A stretch of DNA of 64,000 nucleotides from NCBI GenBank assembly GCA_951406725.2, contig OX597838.1:31000001-31064000 (forward strand), written 5' to 3'. Positions 45,585 through 59,622 of the stretch are shown piece by piece. A program made the translations under genes and the position numbers. Origin of the DNA: Octopus vulgaris. Its lineage: Eukaryota. Below the pieces are notes generated by a model, which was not told the origin of the DNA, made no database searches, and saw only the letters and a program-made list of their open reading frames with translations. Positions within the stretch are counted from its first letter, which is position 1, and every line of letters begins with the position of its first letter.

Positions 45585-46377
45585 GAGCTATTTGATTACA
45601 TCAACCAGAGTATTCATTTTATCGACTCCGAAAGGATAAAAAGCGAAGTCGACCACGGCGCAATTTGAACCAAGAACGTAAAGCATTATACCCGGCGCTA
45701 AAACGATTCTGCCAGCAAGCCGCCTTCACAGCAACAACAACAAAAAAAAAACAACAGCAACAACAATAATAATCCTTTCTACTGGAAGCACAAGACCTCA
45801 TATTTGAGGGTAGGGATTAAGTCAATTACATCGACCCCAGTGCGCAACTGGTCCTTATTTAATCAACCCTGAACGGTTGAAAGGAAACGTCGACCTCGGC
45901 GGAATTTGAACTCAGAACGCAGCGACAGACGAAATACCGCTAAGCATTTCGCCCGGCGCGCTAACGATTCTTTTCTTTTCTTTTCTACTCTAGGCACAAG
46001 GCCTGAAATTTGGGGGGAAGGGTTAAGTCGATTACATCGACCCCCAGTATTCAACTGGTACTTAATTTATCGGCTCCGAAAGGATGAAAGGCAAAGTCGA
46101 CCTCGGCGGAATTTGAACTCACAACGTAATGGCAGACGAAATACCTATTTCTTTACTACCCACAAGGGGCTAAACACAGTGGGGACAAACAAGGACAGAC
46201 ACACGGATTAAATCGATATTATCGACCCCAGTGCGTAACTGGTACTTATTTAATCGACCCCGAAAGGATGAAAGGCAAAGTCGACCTCGGCGGAATTTAA
46301 ACTCAGAACGTAGCAGCAAACGAAATACGGCTAAGCATTTCGCCCGGCGTGCTAACGTTTCTGCCAGCTCGCCGCCC
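45585..46377 (-). mobile_element. Cluster of nested family B SINEs
   Basis: Repeated gaaaggatgaaaggcaaagtcgacctcggcggaatttgaactc. Confidence 0.85.
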
Positions 46378-46453
<76 letters not shown>

Positions 46454-47062
46454 AAGAAGAAGAAGAAGAAGAAGAAGAAGAAGAATGTTGGTAACTAGGG
46501 CAACATTAATGTCCTTTGTATTTTTAAGAGGGTAATGTGTTTTTAATTTGCGAGAGATTTCATTTGCTGCTGTTTCTAGCAAGTTTGGGCAATCAACCAG
46601 TTTTGTGTCGCTGGTGTTGTCTGGTCAAAAGCATGTCAGTGAAACGAGGTCATTAATTATGTTAATGAAGCCAATCAAGAGATAATCGTTACACTGAAAG
46701 ATTCTAATTAAATTGTCAGTGTGATGTAAGTGACCAGAAGATGAAGAGAAGAACACAGAGCGGTTTGGATTTTCACATTCCGATTCCGTCTTGGATTTCC
46801 TCGTCTTTCGATGACAAATTTATTCTTCAAGACTTTCTCCATGGCAACGATATGGCAAATTGTATGGGTTCTTGGTCTGAGAAAGTGAGAGAGAGAGAGG
46901 GGGCGAGGATGACCTTGACGAAACGTGTCTGAAAACTATGGAAGGGTAGAAATGCTTAAACTCATGTTTTCTTTTTCGTTCCCATCTCAAGAATCCAGCT
47001 CAGGTCGTCTTTGCTTTTCTTCCATTTTTGTGGATTTAAACACAGAATATCTTACAACGTTT

Positions 47063-47312
47063 ACCTTTTTACTCGTTTCAGCCATTAGACTGTGGCCATG
47101 CTGGGGCACCGTCTTAAAGAATTTATTTGCCGAACGAAACGACCCCAGGACGTACTTTTTTTTAAAGCTTGGTACTTACTTGTTCTATCGGTTTACTTTT
47201 GCCGAACCGCTATTGTTACAGGAACGTAAACAAAACAACACCAGTGGTCAAGCGGTAGGGATGGACAAACACAGACACAAAGACACAAAGACACGCACGC
47301 ACACACACACAC

Positions 47313-47356
<44 letters not shown>

Positions 47357-47525
47357 TCATACGACGGGCTTCTTTCAGTTTCCGTCTACCAAACCTACTC
47401 ACAAGGCTTTGGTCAGCCCGAGGCTATAGTATGAGATACTTGTCCAAGGTGCCACGCAGTGGGCCTGAACTCGGAACCATGTGGTTGGGAAGCAAACTTC
47501 TTACCATACAGCCACGTTCGCACCT
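47063..47525 (-). mobile_element. SINE family A (older)
   Basis: Match to consensus. Confidence 0.8.
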
Positions 47526-48044
47526 ATAACTCGATAAAGGTAAGTACCGGTCGCTTGTGGTATCCTAGGATTCCGAAGTGGGGCCGGCAGGGAACGACCG
47601 TTGGTGACTGGGAACTGAGGTAATCAGTTCAAACGGGTGCACCCCCGAAATTTGTCGGATATTTGTCCTCATTCCCAACGTGGCTCCCTCTCATTGTAAA
47701 ACTGTGGTCACTGTTATTATGTCTGACCGTTTGACCGACGGCTTCAAGTTACCATCTTGTATACACTCTGAAACAGTGGTTCTCAGACGGGGTCCGTACG
47801 GCCCCTGAGGGTTCCTATAAGATTTTGGCGGGGTCCACACACAAGAAAATAGTAAATTAGGGTCCCACAATAGTATTTTAAGGGGCCCTGAAAATATTTG
47901 GTTTTAGATGTATGTATTGGTAATTATTGCAAGCAACAGCCGGGTTTCTTTCTCTAACATTTTACAGAGTTCAACCTACACAAGTTAATGGGCGAAAAAC
48001 ATAAGAATTTTGAAAGAAGTTACTATAAAACTAATTTTCAAACA

Positions 48045-48204
48045 CAGTTCTATATTTAAGAGATGAGGACTATTTACATTTGACGGATATTTGTCTTCAT
48101 TTTGTTTGTTAACACAAACGTTTCGGCTGATGTACTTTCCAGCCTTCATCAGGTGTCTAGGGGAAATTTCGAACCTGGGTTCTCATTCCTAAGGTAGTTT
48201 TCGA

Positions 48205-48278
<74 letters not shown>

Positions 48279-48745
48279 TCACTGCCTGGAATCGAACTCG
48301 GAATCTTGGGGTTAGTAGCCCGCGCTCTTAACCACTACGCCATATGCTCGTGGACATAATAATAATAATAACAACATTAAAAATTTACCTTAGGAATGAG
48401 AACCCAGGTTCGAAATTTCCCCCAAGACACCTGATGAAGGCTGGAGGGTATATCAGCCGAAACGTTGTGTTTACAACAAACAAGATGAGGACAAATATCC
48501 GTCAAATGTAAATAATGTAAATAATGTACATAATTCCTCATCTCTGTAAAATATCAGTGAAAGAAACCTGGCTGTTTTTTGCAATAATTACCAATACATA
48601 CATCAAAACCAAAATATTTTCAGGGACCCTTAAAATACTATTAAAATACCAAGACACCTGATGAAGGCTGGAGGGTATATCAGCCGAAATATTGTGTTTA
48701 CAACAAACACGATGAGGACAAATATCCGTCAAATGTAAATAATGT
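48045..48745. mobile_element. Non-autonomous element: tRNA-like head + (AAT)n + HHR tail; minus copy 48045-48341, inverted headless plus copy 48357-48545, extra tail fragment 48650-48745
   Basis: Head tggcgtagtggtt...gttcgattcc; tail gacac-CTGATGA-a-ggctg...cagcc-GAA-ACGT-T-gtgtt. Confidence 0.85.
48426..48471 (+). ncRNA. Type I minimal hammerhead ribozyme motif (intact)
   Basis: Stem I gacac/gtgtt, CUGAUGA, stem II ggctg/cagcc, GAA, palindromic stem III ACGU, GUU cleavage triplet; variants at 48111-48157 (-) and 48653-48698 (+). Confidence 0.8.
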
Positions 48746-49180
48746 AGTTTTTAAAAATCGAATGGTTATTAGGGTCCACCAGAAGAAAATAGTAATCAAA
48801 GGGGTCCAGAGATAAAAAAAAAAAAACGGTTGAGAAACTCTGCACTAAAAGAAAAACCAGGCCAGGAGTGCAGTTTCTTTACTGACGTTTATTTCCGAAT
48901 GCATGAAAAAGGGTTGGATTGACGAGGTTTTAAGAATGTTGTCTTGTAAGCGTTTATGCAGGAAAGCCAGGATGACATCATCGCGTGGAAAGAGGAAAGG
49001 AGTGGGGGAAAAAACTATTGCAGCAGATGAGACACAACAACCGACCTTTGACACGATGACGCATGTATGACGTCAGCTGAACGTTTCGTCCAGTCGCTCG
49101 CTGGAAGGGGAGTGTGACAAGGAATACGAAAGACTTTAAGCTACATACATGTTACACCTGTATTTATTAATTGTTCAGTT

Positions 49181-49696
49181 GTGGAGGCGCAATGGCCCAG
49201 TGGTTAGGGCAGCGGACTCGCGGTCATAGGATCGCGGTTTCGATTCCCAGACCGGGCGTTGTGAGTGTTTATTGAGCGAAAACACCTAAAAAGCTCCACG
49301 AGGCTCCGGCAGGGGATGGTGGTGATCCAGTGGTTAGGGCAGCAGACTCGCGGTCATAGGATCGCGGTTTCGATTCCCAGACCGGGCGTTGTGAGTGTTT
49401 ATTGAGCGAAAACACCTAAAAGCTCCACGAGGCTCCGGCAGGGGATGGTGGTGATCCCTGCTGTACTCTTTCACCACAACTTTCTCTCACTCTTACTTCC
49501 TGTTTCTGTTGTACCTGTATTTCAAGGGGCCAGCCTTGTCACTCTCTGTGTCACGCTGAATATCCCCGAGAACTACGTTAAGGGTGCACGTGTCTGTGGA
49601 GTGCTCAGCCACTTACACGTTAATTTCACAAGCAGGCTGTTCCGTTGATTCGGATCAACCGGAACCCTCATCGTTGTAACCGACGGAGTGCTTCCA
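49181..49696 (+). mobile_element. SINE family C with duplicated head
   Basis: TSD aattgttcagtt; head repeated at 49327. Confidence 0.88.
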
Positions 49697-49949
49697 TCCC
49701 AATTGTTCAGTTGGAGTTGTTATTTTAAGACAGATTTAAGAATAAAAACGGAACGGTTACTCGTGAGGTGTGGGGTTCAATACCAAGGGTTACGGTTTAG
49801 GTTAGGATTAAATTTGTGGTAAAGTACATGTTGATTGGGACTTCGCAGTATATCTGTATTTAGATTAGTGTTTCTGCAATGGTCTGGTTATGTTGTGATA
49901 ATTGTAAATGTTTTTTCTCTACCAGAATAATATTGTTGCTAAATAATTG

Positions 49950-50820
49950 CTTTCAAATTTTGGCACAAGGCCAGCAATTTCTGGAGAGCCGCTAAATCGA
50001 AAAAAAGAGAAAGTCAACCTCGGCGGAATTTGAACTCCGAACAAGAAGACGGACGAAAAGCCGCTAAACATTACGCCGCTTTATTATCACTGAATATTGA
50101 TTTCAAATTTTAGCACAAGACCAGCAATTTCGGGGGTGGGGGCTAAGTCGGTTACATCGACCTTTGAGTTCTAATGGTACTTATTTTATCAACCCCGACA
50201 GTCGACCCCCGGCGGAATTTGAACTCACAACGTCAAGACGGACGAAATGCCGCTAAACATTTTGTCCGGCATGCTAACGATCTCGTCAGCTCGCCGCCTT
50301 ATTGTCAATAAATACAAAAACTGTATTTCCTTACTATGGGGGTCTTTTTGTAAAAAGGAAATAAAAAAGAAAGATCAATGTAGGTGTAGGGGACACATTG
50401 CTGCCTAATACCTATTTCTTTATTACCCACAAGAGGCTAAACACAGAGGGGACAAACAAGGACAGTCAAACGGATTAAGTCGATTATATCGACCCCAGTG
50501 TGTGACTGGTACTTAATTTATCGACCCCGAAAGGATGAAAGGCAAATCGACCTTGGTGGAATTTGAACTGAGAACGTAACAGCAGACAGAATACCTATTT
50601 CTGTACTACCCACAAGGGGCTAAACACAGAGGGGACAAACAAGCACAGACAAACGGATTAAGTCGATTATATCGACCCCAGTGCGTAACTGGTGCTTAAT
50701 TATCGACCCCGAAAGGATGAAAGGCAAAGTCGACCTCGACGGAATTTGAACTCAGAACATAACGGCAGACGAAATACCGCTAAGGATTTTGCCCGGCGTG
50801 CTATCGTTTCTGCCAGCTCT
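49950..50820 (-). mobile_element. Cluster of family B SINEs
   Basis: Match to family B. Confidence 0.8.
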
Positions 50821-51157
50821 ACCTAATACCATGTAACATAGCTCCCTCAAACGTGCCCCTTGATTAGGGGGTGGAAATAATTACCTATTATAAATGAGGT
50901 TGTACACAAACCCCCAGATTTCAAAATGAAGCAATACATATACATTAGCTTTTCCCATTTTCTTGCTTTAGTCATTGGACTGCGGTCATACTGGGGCACC
51001 ACCTTGAAGAATTTAGTCTAACAGATCGACCCCACTTCTTATTTGTTGTACTTATTCTGTCGGTCTTCTACTTTAGTCTCGGGTGACCATAGCCTTGTGA
51101 GTGGATTTGATAGAAACAGAAAGAAGGATTAGTTATTTTTAATAAAAAAATAACTTG

Positions 51158-51371
51158 TTTACTCTTTACTCTTTTACTCTTTTACTTGTTTCAGTCATTT
51201 GACTGCGGCCATGCTGGAGCACCGTCTTTAGTCGAGCAAATCGACCCCGGGACTTATTCTTTCTAAGCCCAGTACTTATTCTATCGGTCTCTTATGCCGA
51301 ACCGCTAAGTGACGGGGACGTAAACACACCAGCATCGGTTGTCAAGCAATGCTAGGGGGACAAACACACAA

Positions 51372-51402
<31 letters not shown>

Positions 51403-51575
51403 CATATATACGACGGGCTTCTTTCAGTTTCCGTCTACCAAATCCACTCACAAGGCATTGGTCGGCCCGGGGCTATAGCAGAAGACACTTGCCCAAGATG
51501 CCACGCAGTGGGACTGAACCCGGAACCGTGTGGTTGGTTAGCAAGCTACTTACCACACAGCCCCACTCCTGCGCC
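51158..51575 (-). mobile_element. SINE family A, full length
   Basis: Full match. Confidence 0.9.
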
Positions 51576-51709
51576 TAAGTTTTATTATAATCTTCTTCGA
51601 AATAGTCACCTTGCACAGCACTACACCAGTCCCAGCGTTCCTGCCACTTTTGGAATTCTGTCTGGCAGTATCTTTTCGTAAGTGTGTCGAAGACCTGCGA
51701 TACGCACTG

Positions 51710-52082
51710 AATCGCGACGACGACGCCGTGGTGATCTCATTCTCGCCCACAACATCATAAGCGGAAAGTGTAACTTCTCGAAAGAGCTGTTCTTCACTCC
51801 TGCTCCAGAGCGTCGGCTGCGGGGGTCACTCCGAAAAGCTCTATCTGCGACGATTTCATCTCAATCGAAGGAGAGGGGCTTTCTCCGTCCGGGTTACGGA
51901 TCCGTGGAATAAGCTGCCGGACGAGATAATAAAGATGCCGACGACCGCTCGGTTCAAAGTCTCTCTTGGCCAGAAATGGCCTGAACTCTTTGCATGAACA
52001 CCCTCCCGGTACATAACTCCATGTCCCCCTACATGGCCTTGATTTTTGCTTTTTGAGCCAAAAAATTAACTTAACTTAACTA
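51710..52082 (+). mobile_element. 5'-truncated CR1-clade LINE
   Basis: RRRRRGDLILAHNII...RLRG/HSEKL...FSVRVTDPWNKLP...FK, 3'UTR and (ttaac)n tail. Confidence 0.85.
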
Positions 52083-52327
52083 AAACGGCGACCTTTGAGC
52101 TGCATTTTCATCTTGGGGGAAGAGAAGGAAGTCCGCAGATGCTGACTCTGGCGAATAGGTCGTGTGTTGAAGCAATACCATGTTACTTTTGGCGAGAAAC
52201 TCTCGAGTGAAGAAGATGAAAAGCAAAGCTGACCTCGGCGGAATTTGAACTTGGAACGTGAAGACAGAAGAAATACTGCCAAGCATTTGACCCGGCATGC
52301 TAACGATTCTGCCAGCTTGCCACCTTT

Positions 52328-52424
<97 letters not shown>

Positions 52425-52428
52425 CAAC

Positions 52429-52479
<51 letters not shown>

Positions 52480-52535
52480 GATGATGATGATGATGATGAT
52501 GGTGATGGTGATGGTGGTGGTGGTTGTGGTGATGG

Positions 52536-52577
<42 letters not shown>

Positions 52578-52694
52578 CAAATTTTTTCCACAAGGGGGAA
52601 GAGATTAAAGGATAAAAAGCAAAGTCGACCTCGGCGGTTAAAGTTACATATATTGAAGAATTGAAGAATTTCTTCAAAACATCTCCACTTCCGG

Positions 52695-53155
52695 TTTTCT
52701 TTTACTTGTTTCAGTCATGAGACTGCGGCCATGCTGGGGCACCGCCTCGAGGAATTTTTAGTCGTATGAATCGACCCCACTACATGTCCATTTTTTTTTT
52801 AAAGCCTGGTATTTTTTCTATCGGTTTACTTTTGCTGAGCCGCTAGTTTACAGTGACGTAAACACACCAACACCGGTTGTCAATTAAGGCGGCGAGCTGG
52901 CAGAAATGTTAGCACGCCGGGCGAAATGCGTAGCCGTATTTCGTCTGCCGTTACGTTCTGAGTTCAAATTCCGCCGAGGTCGACTTTGCCTTTCATCCCT
53001 TTCGGGGGTCGATAAATTAAGTACCAGTTACGCACTGGGGTCGATATAATCGACTTAATCCGTCTGTCTGTCCTTGTTTGTCTCCTCTGTGTTTAGCCCC
53101 CTTGTGGGTAGTAAAGAAATAGGTTGTCAAGCCGGGAGGTGGGGGACAAACACAC

Positions 53156-53244
<89 letters not shown>

Positions 53245-53370
53245 AGACGGGCTTTTTTCAGTTTCCGACTACCAAATACACTGATAAGGCTTACCCAAAG
53301 TGACACGCAGTGGGACCGAACCCGAAACCATGCGGTTGGGAAGCAAGCTATTTATTACACAGCCACAGAT
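52695..53370 (-). mobile_element. Family A SINE with nested plus-strand family B SINE (52888-53121)
   Basis: TSD ggttgtcaa around the nested copy. Confidence 0.85.
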
Positions 53371-53821
53371 ACGCTGTGGAAACTGATACTCTTTCGGCTT
53401 TATTATTGTTTCTTATTTAAGAACAAGGTCAGCTGACATGAGAAGGAAAGTGAACGGGTGGTTGGGGGTAATTGATAACGGATTGTTGCGGGTAGATGGC
53501 ATTCATTCCTACCCTGACCTGGTTATTAGTTTTATATTAATTTGTCGACCCCCGAAAGAATGAAAGAGATGGATGACCTCGCCGAAATTTGAACTCATAA
53601 CATCAAGAATTTATTGCTGCCAAGAATTTATTGCGATACCTCCCCCCCCCCACCCCAATAAACTTCTGCTAATCCACCAGTTCCGGTTATTCATATACCA
53701 TAAAAAATCAAACCATTTTTAATGTCAGGGCAACCTGGAAGCTGTGTTTAAGAATTCAACATGGTTGCGAGGATTATTAAAAATAAATTGTTTGTAAAAA
53801 TATTTTTCTGATTTTGACATA

Positions 53822-54233
53822 GGCGCAGGAGTGGCTGTGTGGTAAGTAGCTTGTTTACCAACCACATAGTTCCGGGTTCAGTCCTACTGCGTGGCATCTT
53901 GGGCAAGTATCTTTTACTATAGCCACGGGCCGAACAATGCCTTGTGAGTGGATTTGGTAGACGGAAACTGAAAGAAGCCTGTCGTATATATGTATATATA
54001 TATATATATGTGTGTGTGTGTATGTGTGTCTGTGTTTGTCCCCCCAGCATTGCTTGACAACCGATGCTGGTGTGTTTACGTCCCCGTTACTTAGCGGTTC
54101 GGCAAAAGAGACCGATAGAATAAGTGCTGGGCTTACAAAAGAATAAGTCCCGGTGTCGATTTGCTCGACTAAAGGCGGTGCTCCAGCATGGCCGCAGTCA
54201 AATGACTGAAACAAGTAAAAGAGTAAAAGAGTA
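53822..54233 (+). mobile_element. SINE family A, full length
   Basis: Full match with (gtaaaaga) tail. Confidence 0.9.
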
Positions 54234-54279
54234 AGATCACCAGTTTTTTTTTTTTTTTGTTTTTTTTTTGTTCAGGGTA

Positions 54280-55350
54280 TTAATCGGTTACATTGAACTC
54301 AGTACAACACACGAATATTATTTTATCGACCCTGAAAAGATCAAAAGGCAAAGTCGACCTCGGTGGGGTTTGAACTCAGAAAGTAAAGGTCCTGAAAAAT
54401 AGCGCCGCCAAGTAATTTGTCCGACGCTCAAATACTACACAATGCTATTTCTACAGCTCTTGTCTCCGCTTCTGGGGCGATTTCGTTTCGCCTGGCTCTG
54501 GAGTATACTGTCCTTTCCAACACTCTACGTCTTTGAAAGGAGATCTCCCGGACGAAATGCCGCAACTTCTGGCGTTTGAACAACACACGTATGGTAAGGG
54601 TTCTTTTATACTTTTACTGGATTCAGCCAGGGGCTGGGGGGGTGTTCTAATTTTGGTATAAGGGGGGGGTTCTATTTTGTAGGATGTGTTATGTCGATTA
54701 CATCGACCCAAGTGTTTAACTGGTACTTATTTTGTCGACCCCGAAAGGATGAAAGGCAAAGTCGACCCCGAAAAGATGAAAAGCAAAGTCGACCCCGAAA
54801 GGATGAAAGGCAAAGTTGACCCCGGCAGAATTTGAACTCAGAACATAAAGACGGACGAAATGCTGCTAAGCGTCTTTCCCGTCGTGCCAACAATTCTTAT
54901 TTCTTTATTGCCCACAAGGGGCTAAACACAGAGGGGACAAACAAGGACAGACAAAGGGATTAAGTCGATTAAATCGACCCCTGTGCGTAACTGGTACTTA
55001 ATTCATCGACCCCGAAAGGATGAAAAACAAAGTCAACCTCGGCGGAATTTGAACTCAGAACGCAACAGCAGACGAAATACTGCTAAGCATTTCGCCTGAC
55101 GTGCCAACGATTCTGCCAGCTCACCACCCTATTTAAGTATGTAATACCAGTAATACCAGGTGGATGAATCGTTAGCATAGCGGGCAAAAAGCTTAGCGGT
55201 AATTCGTCAATCTTTACGTTCTGAGCTCAAATGCTTCCGGGGTCGACTTCTCCTTTCATCCTTCTAGGGTCGATAAAACAAATACCAGTTGAACACTGGG
55301 GGATCGATGTAATTGACTTGCTCCCCCCCCCCCAATTGCTGGCCTTGTGT
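54280..55350. mobile_element. Cluster of family B SINEs including a triplicated core at 54735-54825
   Basis: gtcgaccccgaaaggatgaaaggcaaa three times. Confidence 0.8.
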
Positions 55351-56039
55351 CAAAATTCGAAATCTGTATTTGTAATGTACGACGATCAGTGTTCTATTTG
55401 ATCCAATCAACGGAACATGCAAGTGGTTGAGTACTCCATAGACACGCGTAGCCCTTAACATAATCCTCAGGGAGATTCAGCGTGACACAAGTTGAGACAA
55501 GGTTGACCCCTTTGGAATTACAGGTACAACTCATTTTTGCCAGCTGCGCGGACTGGAACAACGTGAAGTAAAGTGTCTCGCTCAAAGACACAACACACCG
55601 CCGGGAATTGAACTCACGGCCTTACGATCGTGATCCGAACAGTCTAACCACCAAGCAATCTTTACACATATACATATACGCATATACATTTTCTATAAGT
55701 ATGTATGTATGTATGTATGTATGTATGTATGTATGTATGTATGTATGTGTGTATGTATGTATGTATGTGTGTATGTATGTATGTATGTGTGTATGTATGT
55801 ATGTGTGTGTGTATGTATGTATGTATGTATGTATGTATGTATGTATGTATTTATGTATGTATGTATGCATGCATGTATGTATGCATGCATGTATGTATGT
55901 GTGTATATATGTATGTGTGTGTGTATGTATGTATGTATGTATGTGTGTGTGTATGTATGTATGTGTGTATGTATGCATGCATGTATGTATGTATGTATGC
56001 ATGCATGCATGTATGTATGTATGTATGTGTGTGTGTATG

Positions 56040-56570
56040 TCATTATTCAGTTTTATTTCAAGATTTCTTACCAACAGAGAAAGAACCGGTTTCTAACCTA
56101 GATCCAAGGCTCCTTCATTGGAATTTCAACAGCAACAGCAGGGTATTTTTATGTATGTATGTATGTATGTATGTATGTATGTATGTATGTATGTATGTAT
56201 GTATGTATGTATGTATGTATGTATGTGCAGATTTGTATGTTTTATGTATGTTTTTTCATGCATATACTTACATATCTAGACATGCTCATATATATTTAAA
56301 TGATAAACTTCTGGAAAGTTTTACAGAGTTCTACAGTTCCAGTGATGGATTAGATTTGTAGTCTTCGAATCAGCTTTCTTCTTTCAGGTTTTGAGAAGCC
56401 TAATTTCTCAAGATTGGCATTTAAGCAGTGTGTTACATATCTCGGTGCCCCAATAATTACAGATATTAACCTGAATTTGTAATCTGGATAGAGTAACTGC
56501 AGATTTCTCAAAAGTTCGGCGTAGGTATTCTCTTTTTTACTGATCTTCAGCTGATTTCCACAACTGCACG
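56040..56570 (-). mobile_element. Second R4/Dong-like 3' fragment abutting a (TATG)n tract (55698-56040)
   Basis: KENTYAELLRNLQLLYPDYKFRLISVIIGA; homologous to 43141-43610. Confidence 0.8.
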
Positions 56571-56610
56571 CGATATATAAGGAGTAGTTATATTTATAAC
56601 TGTGGGGAAA

Positions 56611-56711
56611 GTAGACCTGATGATTGGGAGTGTGTAAACATAATGAGTTTTGGAATGAGTCTTTGCGTCTTAACAATACCATACTACCCTCATGAAACAC
56701 GTGTAGTCCAT
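56611..56711 (+). ncRNA. Hammerhead-like motif (degenerate stem II base) in Penelope-like remnant at about 56575-57040
   Basis: tagac-CTGATGA-...gggagtgtg...catactaccc...-GAA-ACACGTGT-A-gtcca. Confidence 0.55.
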
Positions 56712-56931
56712 AATATGAACATTTTGGGATTATGAATATAAATAGTAAGTATATTATTTAACATTTTATGGCTTGTTTGAGTTAATATTGTTTGGAGTTG
56801 ATGAAGTTGTGGGTGTTTCTATCTCTAACACTATTTTGATATATATGAATTAATTATTGAGAGTAATTCAATTTAATACTTTTAATTTGAATGTCTCATT
56901 CCTGTAGCACCGGAATTGATATTCCCTAGTT

Positions 56932-56974
<43 letters not shown>

Positions 56975-57034
56975 AAAATTAAATTAGAGATAAAACCAAT
57001 ATATATATAAATATAAATTAAATTAGAGATAAAA

Positions 57035-57088
<54 letters not shown>

Positions 57089-57091
<3 letters not shown>

Positions 57092-57471
57092 TCTTTTACT
57101 CTTTTACTTATTTCAGTCATTTGACTGCGGCCATGCTGGAGCACCGCCTTTAATCGAGCAACTCAACCCCGGGACTTATTCATTGTAAGCCCAGTACTTA
57201 TTCTATCGGTCTCTTTTGTCGAACCGCTAAGTGACGGGGACATAAACACACCAGCATCGGTTGTCAAGCAACGCTAGGGTGACAAACACAAACATACACG
57301 CACACATACATATATACGACGGGCTTCTTTCAGTTTCCATCTACCAAATCCACTCACAAGGCTTTGGTCGGCCCGAAGCTATAGTAGAAGACACTTGCCC
57401 AAGGTGCCACGCAGTGGGACTGAACCCGGAACCATGTGGTTGGTAAACAAGCTACTTACCACACAGCCACT
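57089..57471 (-). mobile_element. SINE family A
   Basis: Match to consensus. Confidence 0.88.
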
Positions 57472-57517
<46 letters not shown>

Positions 57518-57666
57518 CCAACCACATGTGTATATAAACAAATTTAGTTTTGTTTATTTTTAGAAGTGTTGAATGAGTGTCGTACGACACAGACTAGAAA
57601 GCGATATTTTCGAACGCAATATCATCGCCGTTAAAACAACAACAACAACAAAAACATTGGTTCTTG

Positions 57667-57722
<56 letters not shown>

Positions 57723-58256
57723 GTGTGTGTGACTTCATTTGCAATTATTGTGCACCAGTAGAAAGACACGAATCGCTGAAATTGCTGCGCAATAGGAGTG
57801 GACATGAACTCACACACACTTGACACTCTACGAAATCCTTTCGGTCAACACTCATCCTGATTGGTCATTGAGCTCCCTCCAATCATACCTATATTCGCGC
57901 GCATAGAATACTTACTTCCTTTTTCCCACCAATTCACACTGGTCACTGACCTACCACCGTCCTTTCTTTGTCCAACTTAAACCGTGTCCTCCCTTCCTCA
58001 TGATAACACTCCTGTCACTGATAACATTCTTTCTGAAAATCGTGTCCACCCGTCCACCCACCCGCCTCTGTTCTGTCCAGTGGCCTTGCTAACCACACAT
58101 CTCTGTAAATGTTAAACAATGCCCTCGCTTCTACGTTTTAACTTGTTTCAGTCTTTAGACTGCGGCCATGCTGGAGCACCACCTGGGAGAACTTTTATTC
58201 GAATGAACTGACACCCAGTACACACGCACACACACATGGAGGCACATATACATGTA

Positions 58257-58327
<71 letters not shown>

Positions 58328-58406
58328 CATACACATATGTATCTAAGTATATGTTTGTATGCATGTTTGTGTGTGTATTGTTTAGGTCAGTGAGTTTAAA
58401 GACATA

Positions 58407-58439
<33 letters not shown>

Positions 58440-58502
58440 GTATATAAATATACTCACACACACACATATATATATACATACATACATATATACATACATA
58501 CA

Positions 58503-58560
<58 letters not shown>

Positions 58561-58764
58561 TAGATAGATAGATATATGTATATACATCAAGATTAATCAG
58601 CCGAAATTACTACGATGATCCGGTTCTTGACTGAAGACTGGGGGCTTCGAATGTCCTGTCTGTGTTTGTTGTGTCGTCTTCTGGGGGTTGTGCGTTCTTG
58701 TCACAGTTTGTATTTTTTTTACATATCATAATATATACATATATACTTAGATACCTACATAGGT

Positions 58765-58786
58765 ATTTAGCCGAATGAACTGCCCC

Positions 58787-58835
<49 letters not shown>

Positions 58836-58868
58836 GCATATGTATGTGGTCAGTTCATTCGGCTAAAA
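58765..58868. repeat. Small inverted repeat around (TA)n
   Basis: ttagccgaatgaactg...catacatat pairs with atatgtatgtggtcagttcattcggctaa. Confidence 0.75.
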
Positions 58869-58887
58869 TACACCTGCTTGTTGTTTA

Positions 58888-58981
<94 letters not shown>

Positions 58982-58984
58982 ATA

Positions 58985-59620
<636 letters not shown>

Positions 59621-59622
<2 letters not shown>

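Larger units (their letters stand above)
47774..48842. mobile_element. hAT-like MITE hosting the tRNA-head/HHR element
   Basis: TIR cagtggttctca...tgagaaactctg; imperfect 8-bp flanks ctctgaaa/cactaaaa. Confidence 0.65.

Noticed and set aside
49181-49260. tRNA-Arg-like sequence (also heads at 48274-48341 and 62059-62128)
   Set aside because: SINE heads with A/B boxes but no proper acceptor stem; not tRNA genes
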